IMG/VR virus record: IMGVR_UViG_3300010047_000005
Coordinates: 1-50,900 of that record
Source of the DNA: a virus
Taxonomy: Duplodnaviria > Caudoviricetes
Strand: one strand, 5' to 3'
Length of the DNA: 50,900 nucleotides
Shown: piece after piece, positions 17,317 through 27,173 of the stretch
Numbering within the stretch: the first letter of the stretch is position 1
Layout: the number at the start of each line of letters is the position of its first letter
Notes under the pieces: generated by a model
Database searches by the model: none
Seen by the model: the letters and a program-made list of their open reading frames with translations, nothing else
What the model was told of the DNA's origin: nothing
Program-made: the position numbers and the translations under genes

Positions 17317-17783
17317 GCGGCCCCCTCCCTCTTCAGTCGAGCTTTCCGTCGCTGGTTTTCCCTATGTGCAGTCCGGCGGCACTCTCGGCAAAATCGAGTA
17401 CCGGAACTTGGGTGAGTTCCGAGATTCCCCCCCGACATCTCATGGCCGCGCTGACAGTGGGACGACGCGCTTCTTCGCTTCGCGTTCTCCTTCGATGTGA
17501 CCGCTTCCAGATGTTCTGGATTCGCGCAGTGCCGGACTGCGCACAGGTGGTCAATATCCAGTCCATCCGGGATTTCGCCTACGAGCTCCGCGTAAGCGAA
17601 CCTATGCACGTAGACCGAAGGGCTGCCGGCGCCCCCGCTTCTCATTTTGGCGTATCCGGTCGACTGGACGAACCCACGCCAGACCCAGCAGGGACCCAAG
17701 TCGGGCCGACGTTCAGGGATGGGGCCATTCTTCTCTAGGTGCCGAAGGAATCTCTCCATCGGTGTCCCGTGAGTACGCTTCAT
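17313..17783 (-). CDS. HNH homing endonuclease
   Basis: PCWVW..GY..VHRFAY..DHLCAVRHCANPEHLEAVT..EN; CQRGH..CREC. Confidence 0.92.
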   Translation of the reverse strand: MKRTHGTPMERFLRHLEKNGPIPERRPDLGPCWVWRGFVQSTGYAKMRSGGAGSPSVYVHRFAYAELVGEIPDGLDIDHLCAVRHCANPEHLEAVTSKENAKRRSASSHCQRGHEMSGGNLGTHPSSGTRFCRECRRTAHRENQRRKARLKREGAA

Positions 17784-17879
17784 GCGTTACCTCTGCATTA
17801 GGTGACCGCGCCCCGGGCTGTTGACGCAGCGCCGGGGCCTTCGGTTTACACGTTAGCAGATGTGCCCTTACGAAAAGCG

Positions 17880-18068
17880 CTAAGCCGCACGGAGCAGCTC
17901 GATAACAGCAGCTCGGCTCCGCGCGGACCCGGGAAGCGTGATCCCTCTCTCCTCGGCCACACGGCGCAACTCCTTGTAAGTCATCTCCTCGTACGGCGGG
18001 TCGATCTGGACCGGGTTCTCCCGGGGCCACGCCCGGCCGGCGGACCTCCTGCCACGGTGACGCCTCAC
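17880..18068 (-). CDS. Small basic protein with Rho-N/HeH-like motif
   Basis: YEEMTYKELRRVAEERGI..RAAVIELL; GGGAGG RBS. Confidence 0.6.
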   Translation of the reverse strand: MRRHRGRRSAGRAWPRENPVQIDPPYEEMTYKELRRVAEERGITLPGSARSRAAVIELLRAA

Positions 18069-18082
18069 GATGTGCCCTCCCG

Positions 18083-18595
18083 TCACACTACTCGGAATTC
18101 TGATGAGTATCCGATTCGAGTAATTTTCATAGATGTACGAGATAGCGTATTGAATTGTCCATGTATGGTGCACGTTCCGGTGCCAGTTGCGCGCACCAGG
18201 CTGCAATAGAACTGCACTGCGGGGTCATCTATGGACGAGGTGAAATCATCATAAGTTACGAATGAGTAGCCAAGCGTAGTGTTTGGCCTCCAGATCGACA
18301 TCTCGCCGACCAGGGTCCCCGTCACGGGCGTATCGCGTCGCACTCTAAAGAGGAACTCGTCAGTTGCGACCGAGTTGTTCAGGATGAGCTGCGGCTCGAA
18401 GGAGTACAGCCCCCCCGCGACCAGATCAATCGGGTTCATCTGAAGTGAAGTGATGTTCAGTTCAGTTGTACCGGAGGTTGTCTGAAGAGCGCCCGGCGTA
18501 CTTACCTGGACCTCGTCGAGAGTCTTCTGTGTCGCGTCGTTGAGCTGTCCCGCCGTGAGCCGTTGCCCGGCGAGAAAGGGGCCAGGAAGTGCCAT
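18083..18595 (-). CDS. Minor tail/virion protein
   Basis: FLAGQRLTAGQLN N-terminal motif typical of actinophage tail proteins. Confidence 0.7.
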   Translation of the reverse strand: MALPGPFLAGQRLTAGQLNDATQKTLDEVQVSTPGALQTTSGTTELNITSLQMNPIDLVAGGLYSFEPQLILNNSVATDEFLFRVRRDTPVTGTLVGEMSIWRPNTTLGYSFVTYDDFTSSIDDPAVQFYCSLVRATGTGTCTIHGQFNTLSRTSMKITRIGYSSEFRVV

Positions 18596-18607
18596 GATCT
18601 CTACTCC

Positions 18608-21600
18608 TTATCTCGCCAGAACCGGCGTGAACCACAGTCGCACGTCGGTGCCCAGTGGCCACGACCGGACGACCCCGTTAACGCTGCGGGTGACCGTGAA
18701 TTGCTGCGTGATCCCCGTGACGCCCGTTAGGACGTACAGCCTCGCGTGGTTGTCGTCGATGCCCGCGACGACCGGGTACGTCACGGCCTGGATACCGGCC
18801 GAGGCGACCGGCTTCGCCCACGCCTGCACGCGGGACGTGTTGGCATTGGCGATAACCGAATCGGCTACCAGGGTCCAACCCCCGCCGCTCGGCGGGTTCG
18901 CCGCCATGTTGTTGCCCGGGTCCCAATCCCAGGCGTGCAGAGCGAGGAGCCAGTCGCCGACGGCGGCCGGCAGGATGGTCGTCAAGGTGATCGCGGTCGC
19001 CGCGCCCCCGGGGTCGGTGGTCACGCCGTTTAGGAACTCCTGCACGCCCGGCGTCCCGGACGCGGCGTGCGCGACCACGGAGATAGCCGACCACGTGTCC
19101 GACGTCCCGAACGTCGCCGTCCGCGTGCCCGTGGCGCCGGACGCCCCGAGGACCTGTGTCGCATCCTCGAAGCTCGTATACGTGCCGTCGGTGAGTGCCG
19201 CGATGAACATGCCGCCCGGCAGGGTGTACGTGTCGACCGCATTGAAGTTGATCCACCCACAGATCAGAAGATCCCCGGACGCCGCCGCGACCACGCTCGG
19301 CGCCACGAACGAAGTCGTCGGCGTGACATCCTCGGCGTCCCCGGCACCCACGAACTCGGATGCCCCGGCGATCGCGGCAATGTCCGTGACCGTCATCCGC
19401 TCGCCGCCGACCTGGATATCGAACGGCGTCTCGGCGTTGTCGGCAGTCCAGTACGGGCCGTCGGTCACCGCGACGAACATCGTTGTGTCGTTGTCGTCGA
19501 TCGCGACCGCCACGACCGACCCGTCGGTATCCAGTCGGAGAAGGTACTCGGGGGGCACCCAATCCCCGGACAGCTCGGCAACGTCCCACACCCCGGCCGG
19601 CGAGCAGTTCATTCGAGGGAACCAGTTCTCGGGGTCGATCGGCTCTTGCCAGCCCTCGACCATGAGCTCGACGCCCTCGGTGGGGTGCTGCGGGGGAAGG
19701 TTCGTGAGCTCGACGCGCGCGCCCGGGTCGACCGTGAGCCACGAGTCGATGACCTCGGGGGCGACGCCGAGGTTCGTCGCCGCCTCGGGGAAGCGCATCC
19801 CGGGCCACGTGCCCACGTGCAGGCGCCACCCGGCCGCGTCGGCGACCTGTGTATCCAGGTACAGATTCAGCGTGACTGCCTCGTCGTACCGGCCCGACTT
19901 GTCGATCGACGCCTGATCGATAACCTGTGCCGACGAGCCGCCCTCGCGCGTGACCGTGATGTCGTTGCGAATCCGGGCGTCGTCCTTCACCGGGGCGAGC
20001 GGGTTCGCGAACTGTGATTGCAGGCCGTCGAGGACCACATTCGGGGGCTGGTTGTACAGGCTCTCCCGCGTCCGGTAGATCAGGCCGAGGTTGTCGGGCA
20101 TGTCGTACAAGATCCCGCCGTCGACGTCCTCGGCCTCGTACAACAGCTCGGGGAGAGTCGCGGCCTTCTGCACGCCCATCTTCGCCGAGGTCGCCGCCGC
20201 TCCGATCACCCGGAAGGTGATGTCCTGCTCGCTGCACAGGCGGTTCATACGCTGTACGGCCGTGTCGCCAGCCCACCCGATCGCGGCATTGTCTGCCGAG
20301 TTCAGGTCGAAGGCGTTGAACGAGGAGACCTGCCCGAAGCCGAAGCCGTTCGCATTCGCATCCGGTGGCACCGACCAGCCGATGATCCCGCCGATCGAGC
20401 CGGCAATCGAGGCGCCGAAGAAGAAGCCCCCGGTCGGCGGGATGCGCACCGGGAACCACACGATTTGCCAATCGATATTGGCCGCGTTCTGCTTCGCCAT
20501 GAGCCGCACGTGCTGCGGGCCAGTGAAGAACCCGGTCGGCGTCGCGGTGTTCGTTGTGATGACCGTACCGAGGGCATTGCGGCCTTGGACTGTGAGTGCA
20601 CCAGAGGAGATATTCACAACCCATAGGGCGATCGTTGCCCCCGGGGCGCCCGTCACGTTGAGGATCGACGTTGGTGACGCAGGCCCGGGGCTCGGCACGT
20701 TCACATAGAAGTCGACTTGCCATTGCCCCGTGAAGGTCCCCACGATCGGGCCATTCAGGCGCGTATTGGACTGGAGTGCGGCGATCGGCTTCGACCCGGG
20801 GATTCCTTCATACGAGGACAGATCGAGTGATCCGGTCCAGCTCCCGGCCGGCTTCCCTGGAATCCCGGACGCGAGCTGAGTCGCGCCGTCGAGATCGTCC
20901 ATCGGGTGATACGACTGGATCGTCGACTGTGCCGCGATCGCCCGGTTAATCGGCGCCGAGAGCGGGCTCGCCCCCTGCGTGATCCGACGGATGATCCCCG
21001 ACAGCGTGACGTCGACCCGGGCCTGTCCCTCGTCGAGACCGCCCGGCTGTTGGTCGGAGAGGTCGCCCCACGGCCAGTTAGGCAACCACTCGTCATTCGT
21101 GCCCGTGATCCGGTACCACTTGTTTGACAGCTCGGCCGCCCCGTTGACGGTCCACAGGAGCCCGGTCGAGTCGACGAACGACGTCACGCCCGACGTCTGT
21201 GCCGTGAAGTCCGCGTCAACGATCGCGGTCCCGCCGATACCATTGCGCACTTGTACGCGATAGATGTCCGCGTCGAGGGCGAAGACCCCCGAGATCTCAG
21301 GCGGGGAGCCCACGATCAGCGGAGCCGCCGCGTTGTTGATCGACGTCGTGCCCGTCTGCGTGACCGTCGGCCCGATCTGAGTGAAGGACCCGTTTACCCC
21401 GCCGTCCCCGAGGTAGAACTTGATGTCTCGGCCGCCTGCCCCGTTGTTCACGTCGAGCGTTACTCGCAGCGTGGCGCGCGCCGACATGGGGAGCACGGGG
21501 ATCGTCGCCGTCGCCTCCAGGGCCGGCGCGGTGCCGGTCGTCGACCAGAACAGCGTCACCGTGTGATCGGGCCGGACCTCCAGGCGCCACGAGTACGGGC

Positions 21601-22648
21601 CGGAGTTGTTCGCCCGGCCGACGATGACCGCGTTCCATCCGTCCGGGTGAAGGGTCTTCAGGTGCATGTCGACCCGGACGTCGAGGTCGTTCGTCAGATT
21701 CAGGGAGGAGATCGAGGCGACCTGCGCGTTCGACCCGTACGTCGGATGGAGGAGGAGGCGCGGCGTCGACACGTTGAGCCAGAGCCGGCCCGGCGTCCCG
21801 AGGTCGATATTCGGCCAGTACTGCGAGCGCGCGTCGTCGGGCGTGTAGTCGCCGACCGGGTTGTCGAGCGTGTATTGAGTCTCCGTCGCCGAGGCCCGGG
21901 ACTGCTCGTCGGAGCGCCCGCGCCGGATCGAGAACTCCTGCGCGAGGAAATCGGGCGTGACGCTAGTCCAGTCGAAGGAGTAACCGTCCTGCGTGAGGTC
22001 GGCGCCAAAGGCCATCTCCAGGCCGACGGGGAAGGTGCCGTCCGGGAACTCCAGGTCTGCCGGCTGTAGATAGTTGACGTCCGTCACGGCGGTTTGCTTG
22101 GCCGTGGCCAGTGAGAGGAAATCGAAGGTGCGGACCTTCGCGTACAGGGCCGTGATCGCGATCGTCGGCACGACCGACGCTTGAACTGTCCAGGGTCCCT
22201 GGACCTGCGCGGCCGACTCGTAATAGACCGTCCCGGCCGCCTCGCGGATGCGCCACCAGGCCATAGTCACCGGGTTGTACGCGGGGAAGGCCAGGCCGGA
22301 CGGGACGCCGCCGACGACCTGATAGATCCCGACGAGGTTGTTCGTCACCACGATCAACAGTGAGTTGTCTTGGTTCGCCGGGTTCTGCGTGAGGATCAGC
22401 GGGTACATCTCTAGGCCGGCCTCTTGCACGCCAGCGCTGATCAAGTTGATGTGGATGTGCGAGCCCGTGAGGTCGTACGCCGCATCCGAGACGAGCGTCG
22501 CGTCGCCCGTCGAGGCCGCCTTCACGATGAAGGTGTACCGGCCGCCCTCCTGTTGCCCCGAGTTGCCCGGCGAGTTAACCGCGTCCCACAGGGCCGTGTT
22601 CAGGCTGTCGCTGCGGAAGTTGTCGACGAGCGCGCCCATCAATGCCAC
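18608..22648 (-). CDS. Large minor tail protein with lectin/LamG-like domains
   Basis: 1346 aa, beta-rich; IRRGRSDE, LDNPVGDYTP, VTRSVNGVVRSW; position after tape measure. Confidence 0.85.
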   Translation of the reverse strand: MALMGALVDNFRSDSLNTALWDAVNSPGNSGQQEGGRYTFIVKAASTGDATLVSDAAYDLTGSHIHINLISAGVQEAGLEMYPLILTQNPANQDNSLLIVVTNNLVGIYQVVGGVPSGLAFPAYNPVTMAWWRIREAAGTVYYESAAQVQGPWTVQASVVPTIAITALYAKVRTFDFLSLATAKQTAVTDVNYLQPADLEFPDGTFPVGLEMAFGADLTQDGYSFDWTSVTPDFLAQEFSIRRGRSDEQSRASATETQYTLDNPVGDYTPDDARSQYWPNIDLGTPGRLWLNVSTPRLLLHPTYGSNAQVASISSLNLTNDLDVRVDMHLKTLHPDGWNAVIVGRANNSGPYSWRLEVRPDHTVTLFWSTTGTAPALEATATIPVLPMSARATLRVTLDVNNGAGGRDIKFYLGDGGVNGSFTQIGPTVTQTGTTSINNAAAPLIVGSPPEISGVFALDADIYRVQVRNGIGGTAIVDADFTAQTSGVTSFVDSTGLLWTVNGAAELSNKWYRITGTNDEWLPNWPWGDLSDQQPGGLDEGQARVDVTLSGIIRRITQGASPLSAPINRAIAAQSTIQSYHPMDDLDGATQLASGIPGKPAGSWTGSLDLSSYEGIPGSKPIAALQSNTRLNGPIVGTFTGQWQVDFYVNVPSPGPASPTSILNVTGAPGATIALWVVNISSGALTVQGRNALGTVITTNTATPTGFFTGPQHVRLMAKQNAANIDWQIVWFPVRIPPTGGFFFGASIAGSIGGIIGWSVPPDANANGFGFGQVSSFNAFDLNSADNAAIGWAGDTAVQRMNRLCSEQDITFRVIGAAATSAKMGVQKAATLPELLYEAEDVDGGILYDMPDNLGLIYRTRESLYNQPPNVVLDGLQSQFANPLAPVKDDARIRNDITVTREGGSSAQVIDQASIDKSGRYDEAVTLNLYLDTQVADAAGWRLHVGTWPGMRFPEAATNLGVAPEVIDSWLTVDPGARVELTNLPPQHPTEGVELMVEGWQEPIDPENWFPRMNCSPAGVWDVAELSGDWVPPEYLLRLDTDGSVVAVAIDDNDTTMFVAVTDGPYWTADNAETPFDIQVGGERMTVTDIAAIAGASEFVGAGDAEDVTPTTSFVAPSVVAAASGDLLICGWINFNAVDTYTLPGGMFIAALTDGTYTSFEDATQVLGASGATGTRTATFGTSDTWSAISVVAHAASGTPGVQEFLNGVTTDPGGAATAITLTTILPAAVGDWLLALHAWDWDPGNNMAANPPSGGGWTLVADSVIANANTSRVQAWAKPVASAGIQAVTYPVVAGIDDNHARLYVLTGVTGITQQFTVTRSVNGVVRSWPLGTDVRLWFTPVLAR

Positions 22649-22657
22649 AGCTACCCC

Positions 22658-23164
22658 CTACGGTCCAACGACGAGGACGTTCTCGCCTACCCGGCCCCGG
22701 GCCGCGAAGTTCACCAGGATCAGCGACCCCCCGCCGTCGCGGAGGCGCTGCCTTTGGGTGAGCTGCGCGACACGTACAGGGAATACGTTAAGGGGCGCTG
22801 TCGGGTGCTGAAGGTAGGGGCCGGACGGCAGGATCAGAATCCATCCGAGGTCACCCCGGGCGAGCAGCGTCCGAATGTCGTTGCCGTCCCGGTGCGCCGC
22901 GAACATCAGCGCCTCGGTAGGGACGCGCTGTCGGCCGAGGCGCTGCTCCTCCCACGGACCCCAGATACCGTCGGCAATGATGTTCGTCTCGGCTTCCCAC
23001 CCGATGATGTCGGTGAGGTCGTATGTGTCGTTGAGCAGCGTCGCCGCCGCGACCTCGACGTCGGTCGGGGCCTGCACGTCCATGATCGATGTGGACCAGA
23101 GGACCTGGACATTCAGGTCGTATACGTACGGGCCGACGAGATCGAAGGAACAGGGAAGCGTCAC
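22658..23164 (-). CDS. Tail protein (tube-like or distal tail)
   Basis: Position after tape measure; APTDVEV..DLTDIIGW resembles tail-tube proteins. Confidence 0.6.
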   Translation of the reverse strand: MTLPCSFDLVGPYVYDLNVQVLWSTSIMDVQAPTDVEVAAATLLNDTYDLTDIIGWEAETNIIADGIWGPWEEQRLGRQRVPTEALMFAAHRDGNDIRTLLARGDLGWILILPSGPYLQHPTAPLNVFPVRVAQLTQRQRLRDGGGSLILVNFAARGRVGENVLVVGP

Positions 23165-25725
23165 GTCGACACACCCCCTCTCCCGGATAGCACGACGTCA
23201 GGCTTACCGCCCCGGACACGGACGGCCTTCGCGATCGAGCGGACCATGAGCTCGGATTGCGCGGTCCCGTCCGTCTTGATGATGAGCTCGGGGACCGTCG
23301 GCGCCGGCTGGTTGCCCCACACGCGGACGCCGTTCGCCGTCCCGGTCCCGGGGCCAGTGACGCCCCCGGTCGGCGTGGTCCCCTGGAGGTTCGCCGATCC
23401 GACGTCGCGCGTAACCCCGGTGAGCTGATCGCGGAGGGCGTCGCGCTGCGAGTCGATCCCCGCGCCGAGACCCTGCATGATCGCCTCACCGGCCGGCATA
23501 AGCAGCTTGCGGTCTTTGTCCTCGGGGCCTTTCCAGTCCGGGATCAAGTTCGTGATGAAGGACAGCTTCGAGGTCAGGGTCGAGATCATCGAGGTAACAC
23601 CGTTGATCAGGCCCTGAATCAGGTTCCGCCCGGCGTTGTACAGGGTCGAACCGATGTTCGAGAAGACCGAAATCACCTTCCCGGGGATCTCGGTGATCTT
23701 CCCGAGGAACGTCGCGACGAAGCTCACCACGGCCCCGATGATCTTTCCGAGCCACCCGATCAGGGTCGAGAGCGCGCCGATCACCGGGCCGAGGATCGTC
23801 CCGACCAGGAAATTCAGGACCGGCACGAGGATGGAGATCAACAGGGTCGCGAGCTTCACGATCAGTTCGATGATCGGCAGGATCGCGGGCAGGAGCGCCG
23901 TGATCAAGGTCGCCGCGAGATTCGCGATCATGGGAATGATCGGGATGATCGCCCCGAGGAGCTGGACCAGCGGCGGGAGGAGCGGGAGGAGCGCCATCAA
24001 GATCTGAACCAGCGCGTCGCCGAGGACCTGAAGCACGGGCATAAGCGCCCCCGCCAGCGTCCCGACGAGCTGGATTATCGGCGGGAGGAGAATCCCGAGG
24101 GCCTGCACGAGCACCCCGCCGATCGAGCCGGCGATCTGGCCGAGGAGCGTAATGATCGGCGTGAGCACCGGGACTAGCCCGGTCACGAGCTGCGCGATCA
24201 ACTGAGCGAGCGGCACGAGCAGGGGCGCCAGCGCCGAGACCACCGACAGGAGGGCGCTCGCGATCTGCGGGAGAACCTGCGCCAGCGCGCCCCCGAGCAC
24301 GTTCGCAACCGCCCCGATCACGGGAGCGATCGCCGTAAGGGCCGCCCCGAGCTGGCCAGCGATGGTCGCCGCGAGCGACCCCACGATCGGCAGGAGCGGG
24401 GCGATCGCCGCGATCACGGCCCCGAGACCCTGGACTAGCGGGCCGATCGCCGGGGCAAGGTTGACGAGCGCCTGGCCGAGCAGAGGGAGCACGAGGCCGA
24501 GGGTCTGGCCGAGAGTCTGGCCAACCGTGGCCAGCGCGCCGAAGATCGCTTGTAGCGCCTGCGCGCCCTCGGCGGTCTTGAGGAACGTCGCGAGCTGGTT
24601 CGTGATGATGAACAGGGTTCCGAGGAGGTCGCCCCCGGACGCCGAGGCCGCCGAGAATACGGACCCGATGATCGAACCGATGTTCGACAGGATCGAACCG
24701 AGGTTCGACAGGACGCCGATCGCGCCCTCGATCCACCCCTGAAGTCGGCCGTCGCCGGCCGCCGCGTTGAGGAAATCCCCGAACTGCTTCGTAAGGCCGC
24801 CGATCAGGCCCCCGAGGTCTTCGAGGAACGGGGCCGCTACGGCGCCCGCCTGAATGAAGCCCGTCGTCAGGGAGCCGACGCCATCGTTGGCCCGCGCGAG
24901 GGCCTTCGCGGTCGACTCAAGGATCGTGCTTACGCCGCTCACGTTCTGCGCCTGAGAGGCCGCGTCGGCGAAGTTGGTCCCGAAGGTACCCAGCGAGGAG
25001 GCGATCGCGGGGAGCTGCTTCTGAAGGACCGGGAGATACTGGGTCGCAAGATCCTTAATCGCCGTGTCGAAGCCAGCGAAGAAGTTCTCCTGAACCGACT
25101 TCTTCAGGGTGTCGAGGCCCGGCTTGAGGGCGACGATCGCCTTCACTGCCTTCTGAGCGCTCGGCGCCAGCTTGTCTAGGGCCTCCTGGAATTTCTCCAT
25201 GTCGCCGGAGAAGCCCGCCGAGATCGCATCCGAGACGCCAGAGATCGCGAGCTTGAACGTGCCGAGGGCCGCCGCCCCGCCGAGGATGACGCCCGGGAGC
25301 GCGGCGACGAGGCCGGCCGCTGGGGCGATCGCCGCGACGAACTGCCCGGCACTCACGGCCGCCGCGCCGAGAGCGGCCGGCAAGACGAGAAGCTTCGTGA
25401 ATCCAGCCGACGCCTTCGCGATCCCCCCGAGCGCGCCAGCTAGGCCCTTCAGGGAGCCCCCGAACCCACCCCCGAAGGACTTCCCGAACAGGCCCCCCGC
25501 CTTGCGCCCCTCGGCCACGAACCGGCCTTCGAGGTCATGAAGTCGGCCGTTCACGTCCCGAGTGAAGGCGTCAGTGTCCGCTCGCAGGCGAACGTTCGCC
25601 GTCATCCCCCGGGCCGCCGCCGTGATCTCGCGCTGTGTGCGCGCAGCCCATGCCGCTACGTCGGAGATGAGTCCGACATCGATATCCCCGCGCCCGGCCA
25701 TGGAACAAGTCTCGCCCCTTGACAT
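23161..25725 (-). CDS. Tape measure protein
   Basis: Long Ala/Leu/Gly amphipathic repeats; AGRNLIQGLING, PDWKGP (start 25725 or 25701). Confidence 0.92.
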   Translation of the reverse strand: MSRGETCSMAGRGDIDVGLISDVAAWAARTQREITAAARGMTANVRLRADTDAFTRDVNGRLHDLEGRFVAEGRKAGGLFGKSFGGGFGGSLKGLAGALGGIAKASAGFTKLLVLPAALGAAAVSAGQFVAAIAPAAGLVAALPGVILGGAAALGTFKLAISGVSDAISAGFSGDMEKFQEALDKLAPSAQKAVKAIVALKPGLDTLKKSVQENFFAGFDTAIKDLATQYLPVLQKQLPAIASSLGTFGTNFADAASQAQNVSGVSTILESTAKALARANDGVGSLTTGFIQAGAVAAPFLEDLGGLIGGLTKQFGDFLNAAAGDGRLQGWIEGAIGVLSNLGSILSNIGSIIGSVFSAASASGGDLLGTLFIITNQLATFLKTAEGAQALQAIFGALATVGQTLGQTLGLVLPLLGQALVNLAPAIGPLVQGLGAVIAAIAPLLPIVGSLAATIAGQLGAALTAIAPVIGAVANVLGGALAQVLPQIASALLSVVSALAPLLVPLAQLIAQLVTGLVPVLTPIITLLGQIAGSIGGVLVQALGILLPPIIQLVGTLAGALMPVLQVLGDALVQILMALLPLLPPLVQLLGAIIPIIPMIANLAATLITALLPAILPIIELIVKLATLLISILVPVLNFLVGTILGPVIGALSTLIGWLGKIIGAVVSFVATFLGKITEIPGKVISVFSNIGSTLYNAGRNLIQGLINGVTSMISTLTSKLSFITNLIPDWKGPEDKDRKLLMPAGEAIMQGLGAGIDSQRDALRDQLTGVTRDVGSANLQGTTPTGGVTGPGTGTANGVRVWGNQPAPTVPELIIKTDGTAQSELMVRSIAKAVRVRGGKPDVVLSGRGGVST

Positions 25726-25772
25726 GGCCGGTACGCTGCCGGATCACCGGACATCTCAGCTAGCGTGACCAT

Positions 25773-26288
25773 GTGGACCTCTCGACAGCGCGCGTGACCG
25801 CCCTCGGGGCGAACAGGGTGAGGATCTACGCGGCCCCGTGGGAGATCGAGGCGACCGTCGACAACTTCGGAGGGCGCCCGGTACTCGTCGAGCTGTCCGT
25901 CCGCAACCGCTCGGGGGGAGTCTCCTCGGCCGGCCTCGGCTCGCTCCCCCTCCGGCAGATCACCTCAATCGCGGCCTCTGAGTTGTGGGGCGGGGGCGAG
26001 AGGCTTTTTCGTATGCTGGCCAGCCCGTTACCGCGCGGCGCTCGCTCGTGGGGTCCGGACCACTACTCGCGGGTTCTGCGGGTGGCGTCGTGGGCTTCGC
26101 AGACGGGGCGTCGGGGCGGGGCTGAATCGGCCGTGTCCGAGTTCTGGTCCGTGTCATTACGAACGGCGCGGCGGTGGTTGGCACAGGCGAAGGAGCCGGG
26201 CGCCCTCGACCCGACGAGCTCGGCGCCTGCGGGCCGAGGAGTTGAGCATCGAAGCGGGCCAGCTCTTCGGCGTCGAGATTCCGAGTGA
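25773..26288 (+). CDS. Putative HTH DNA-binding protein (DUF6214-like), antisense to the tail operon
   Basis: RVLRVA..GRRG..AVSEFWSVSLRTARRWLAQAKEPG C-terminal HTH; TAGCGT 6 nt upstream of GTG. Confidence 0.7.
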   Translation: MDLSTARVTALGANRVRIYAAPWEIEATVDNFGGRPVLVELSVRNRSGGVSSAGLGSLPLRQITSIAASELWGGGERLFRMLASPLPRGARSWGPDHYSRVLRVASWASQTGRRGGAESAVSEFWSVSLRTARRWLAQAKEPGALDPTSSAPAGRGVEHRSGPALRRRDSE

Positions 26289-26676
26289 ACGTCGTGTACG
26301 CCGCGTCGAGGAACGCCCCTAGCGGAAGCTGATCCAGGCGCGCGCCCCCGCGCACGAGGTCCCCATGCACCCGCGCCCACGAGCCCCGGGCCGCCGCGAT
26401 CAGGCGCAGGGCCGCCCCGGATTCGCGCCCGGCCGCCGCGCCGAGCATGTCGAGGAGCGTCTTATCCAGGCCGCCCCCATCGAGTAGCCCGTCGGCGATC
26501 GCATCCTCCAGGGCCTCGGAGTCCTCGCACAGGGTCAGGAGCTCGCCGACGCCGCCTGAGTACAGGGCCTCTAGCCACTCCGACGCTGGGCGCGGGGGGA
26601 TGCGGAGGGGCGTCTCGCCGAGATGCGCCCGGACGCCGACGAGACGCATCGAAGGGATGGGGTTGACCGGGATCAC
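25960..26676 (-). CDS. Pre-tape-measure protein (tail assembly chaperone 2)
   Basis: Position; globular first ~147 aa then Pro/Arg/Thr tail. Confidence 0.7.
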   Translation of the reverse strand: MIPVNPIPSMRLVGVRAHLGETPLRIPPRPASEWLEALYSGGVGELLTLCEDSEALEDAIADGLLDGGGLDKTLLDMLGAAAGRESGAALRLIAAARGSWARVHGDLVRGGARLDQLPLGAFLDAAYTTFTRNLDAEELARFDAQLLGPQAPSSSGRGRPAPSPVPTTAAPFVMTRTRTRTRPIQPRPDAPSAKPTTPPAEPASSGPDPTSERRAVTGWPAYEKASRPRPTTQRPRLR

Positions 26677-26679
26677 GGC

Positions 26680-27141
26680 TTACTCGATCTCGGCCGCGCC
26701 GAACGCGGGGATCGGGGCGTCCGGGTGGTACGCCTTGATCGCGAGCACGATGATTTCCACCGTGTCCCGCAAGGTCGTCTGCCGGTCAAGGATCATGTCG
26801 TCGAGCCAGTCCCGATCCTCTTCGAGTTCGATCACGGAGTCGACGATCCGGCGCCCGCGATCCATGAGCGTGAAGACCCGCTCGGCGTCCGGGTTCGGGC
26901 CGGAGTTCTGGAGTTGCCGGACGATCTTCCGCCAGATCGTGATCTGGTTCTCGTCAGGCAGGCGGACCAGGATGTCGCGGCCGAGGAACGAGACCGTCTT
27001 GCCCGTCGTCGCATCGCTGGCCGGAGGGGCGCCAGCGCCGGCCGGGACCGGCGTCGGCTTCGGGATCGGGGGCTTCGCGGCCCGGGGGTTCGCCTTCTTT
27101 GCGGTCGCCTTCGCGGCCGTCGCCTTCTTTGCTGTCGCCAT
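26680..27141 (-). CDS. Tail assembly chaperone (AK-rich N-terminus)
   Basis: MATAKKATAAK..VSFLGRDILVRLP; position. Confidence 0.65.
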   Translation of the reverse strand: MATAKKATAAKATAKKANPRAAKPPIPKPTPVPAGAGAPPASDATTGKTVSFLGRDILVRLPDENQITIWRKIVRQLQNSGPNPDAERVFTLMDRGRRIVDSVIELEEDRDWLDDMILDRQTTLRDTVEIIVLAIKAYHPDAPIPAFGAAEIE

Positions 27142-27173
27142 GGATGTCATGCTAACTGCCCGTTGACCGGACA

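Noticed and set aside
18678-20723. 681-aa alternative-frame ORF within the minor tail gene
   Set aside because: Arg/Gly/Pro-rich off-frame product expected from high GC3
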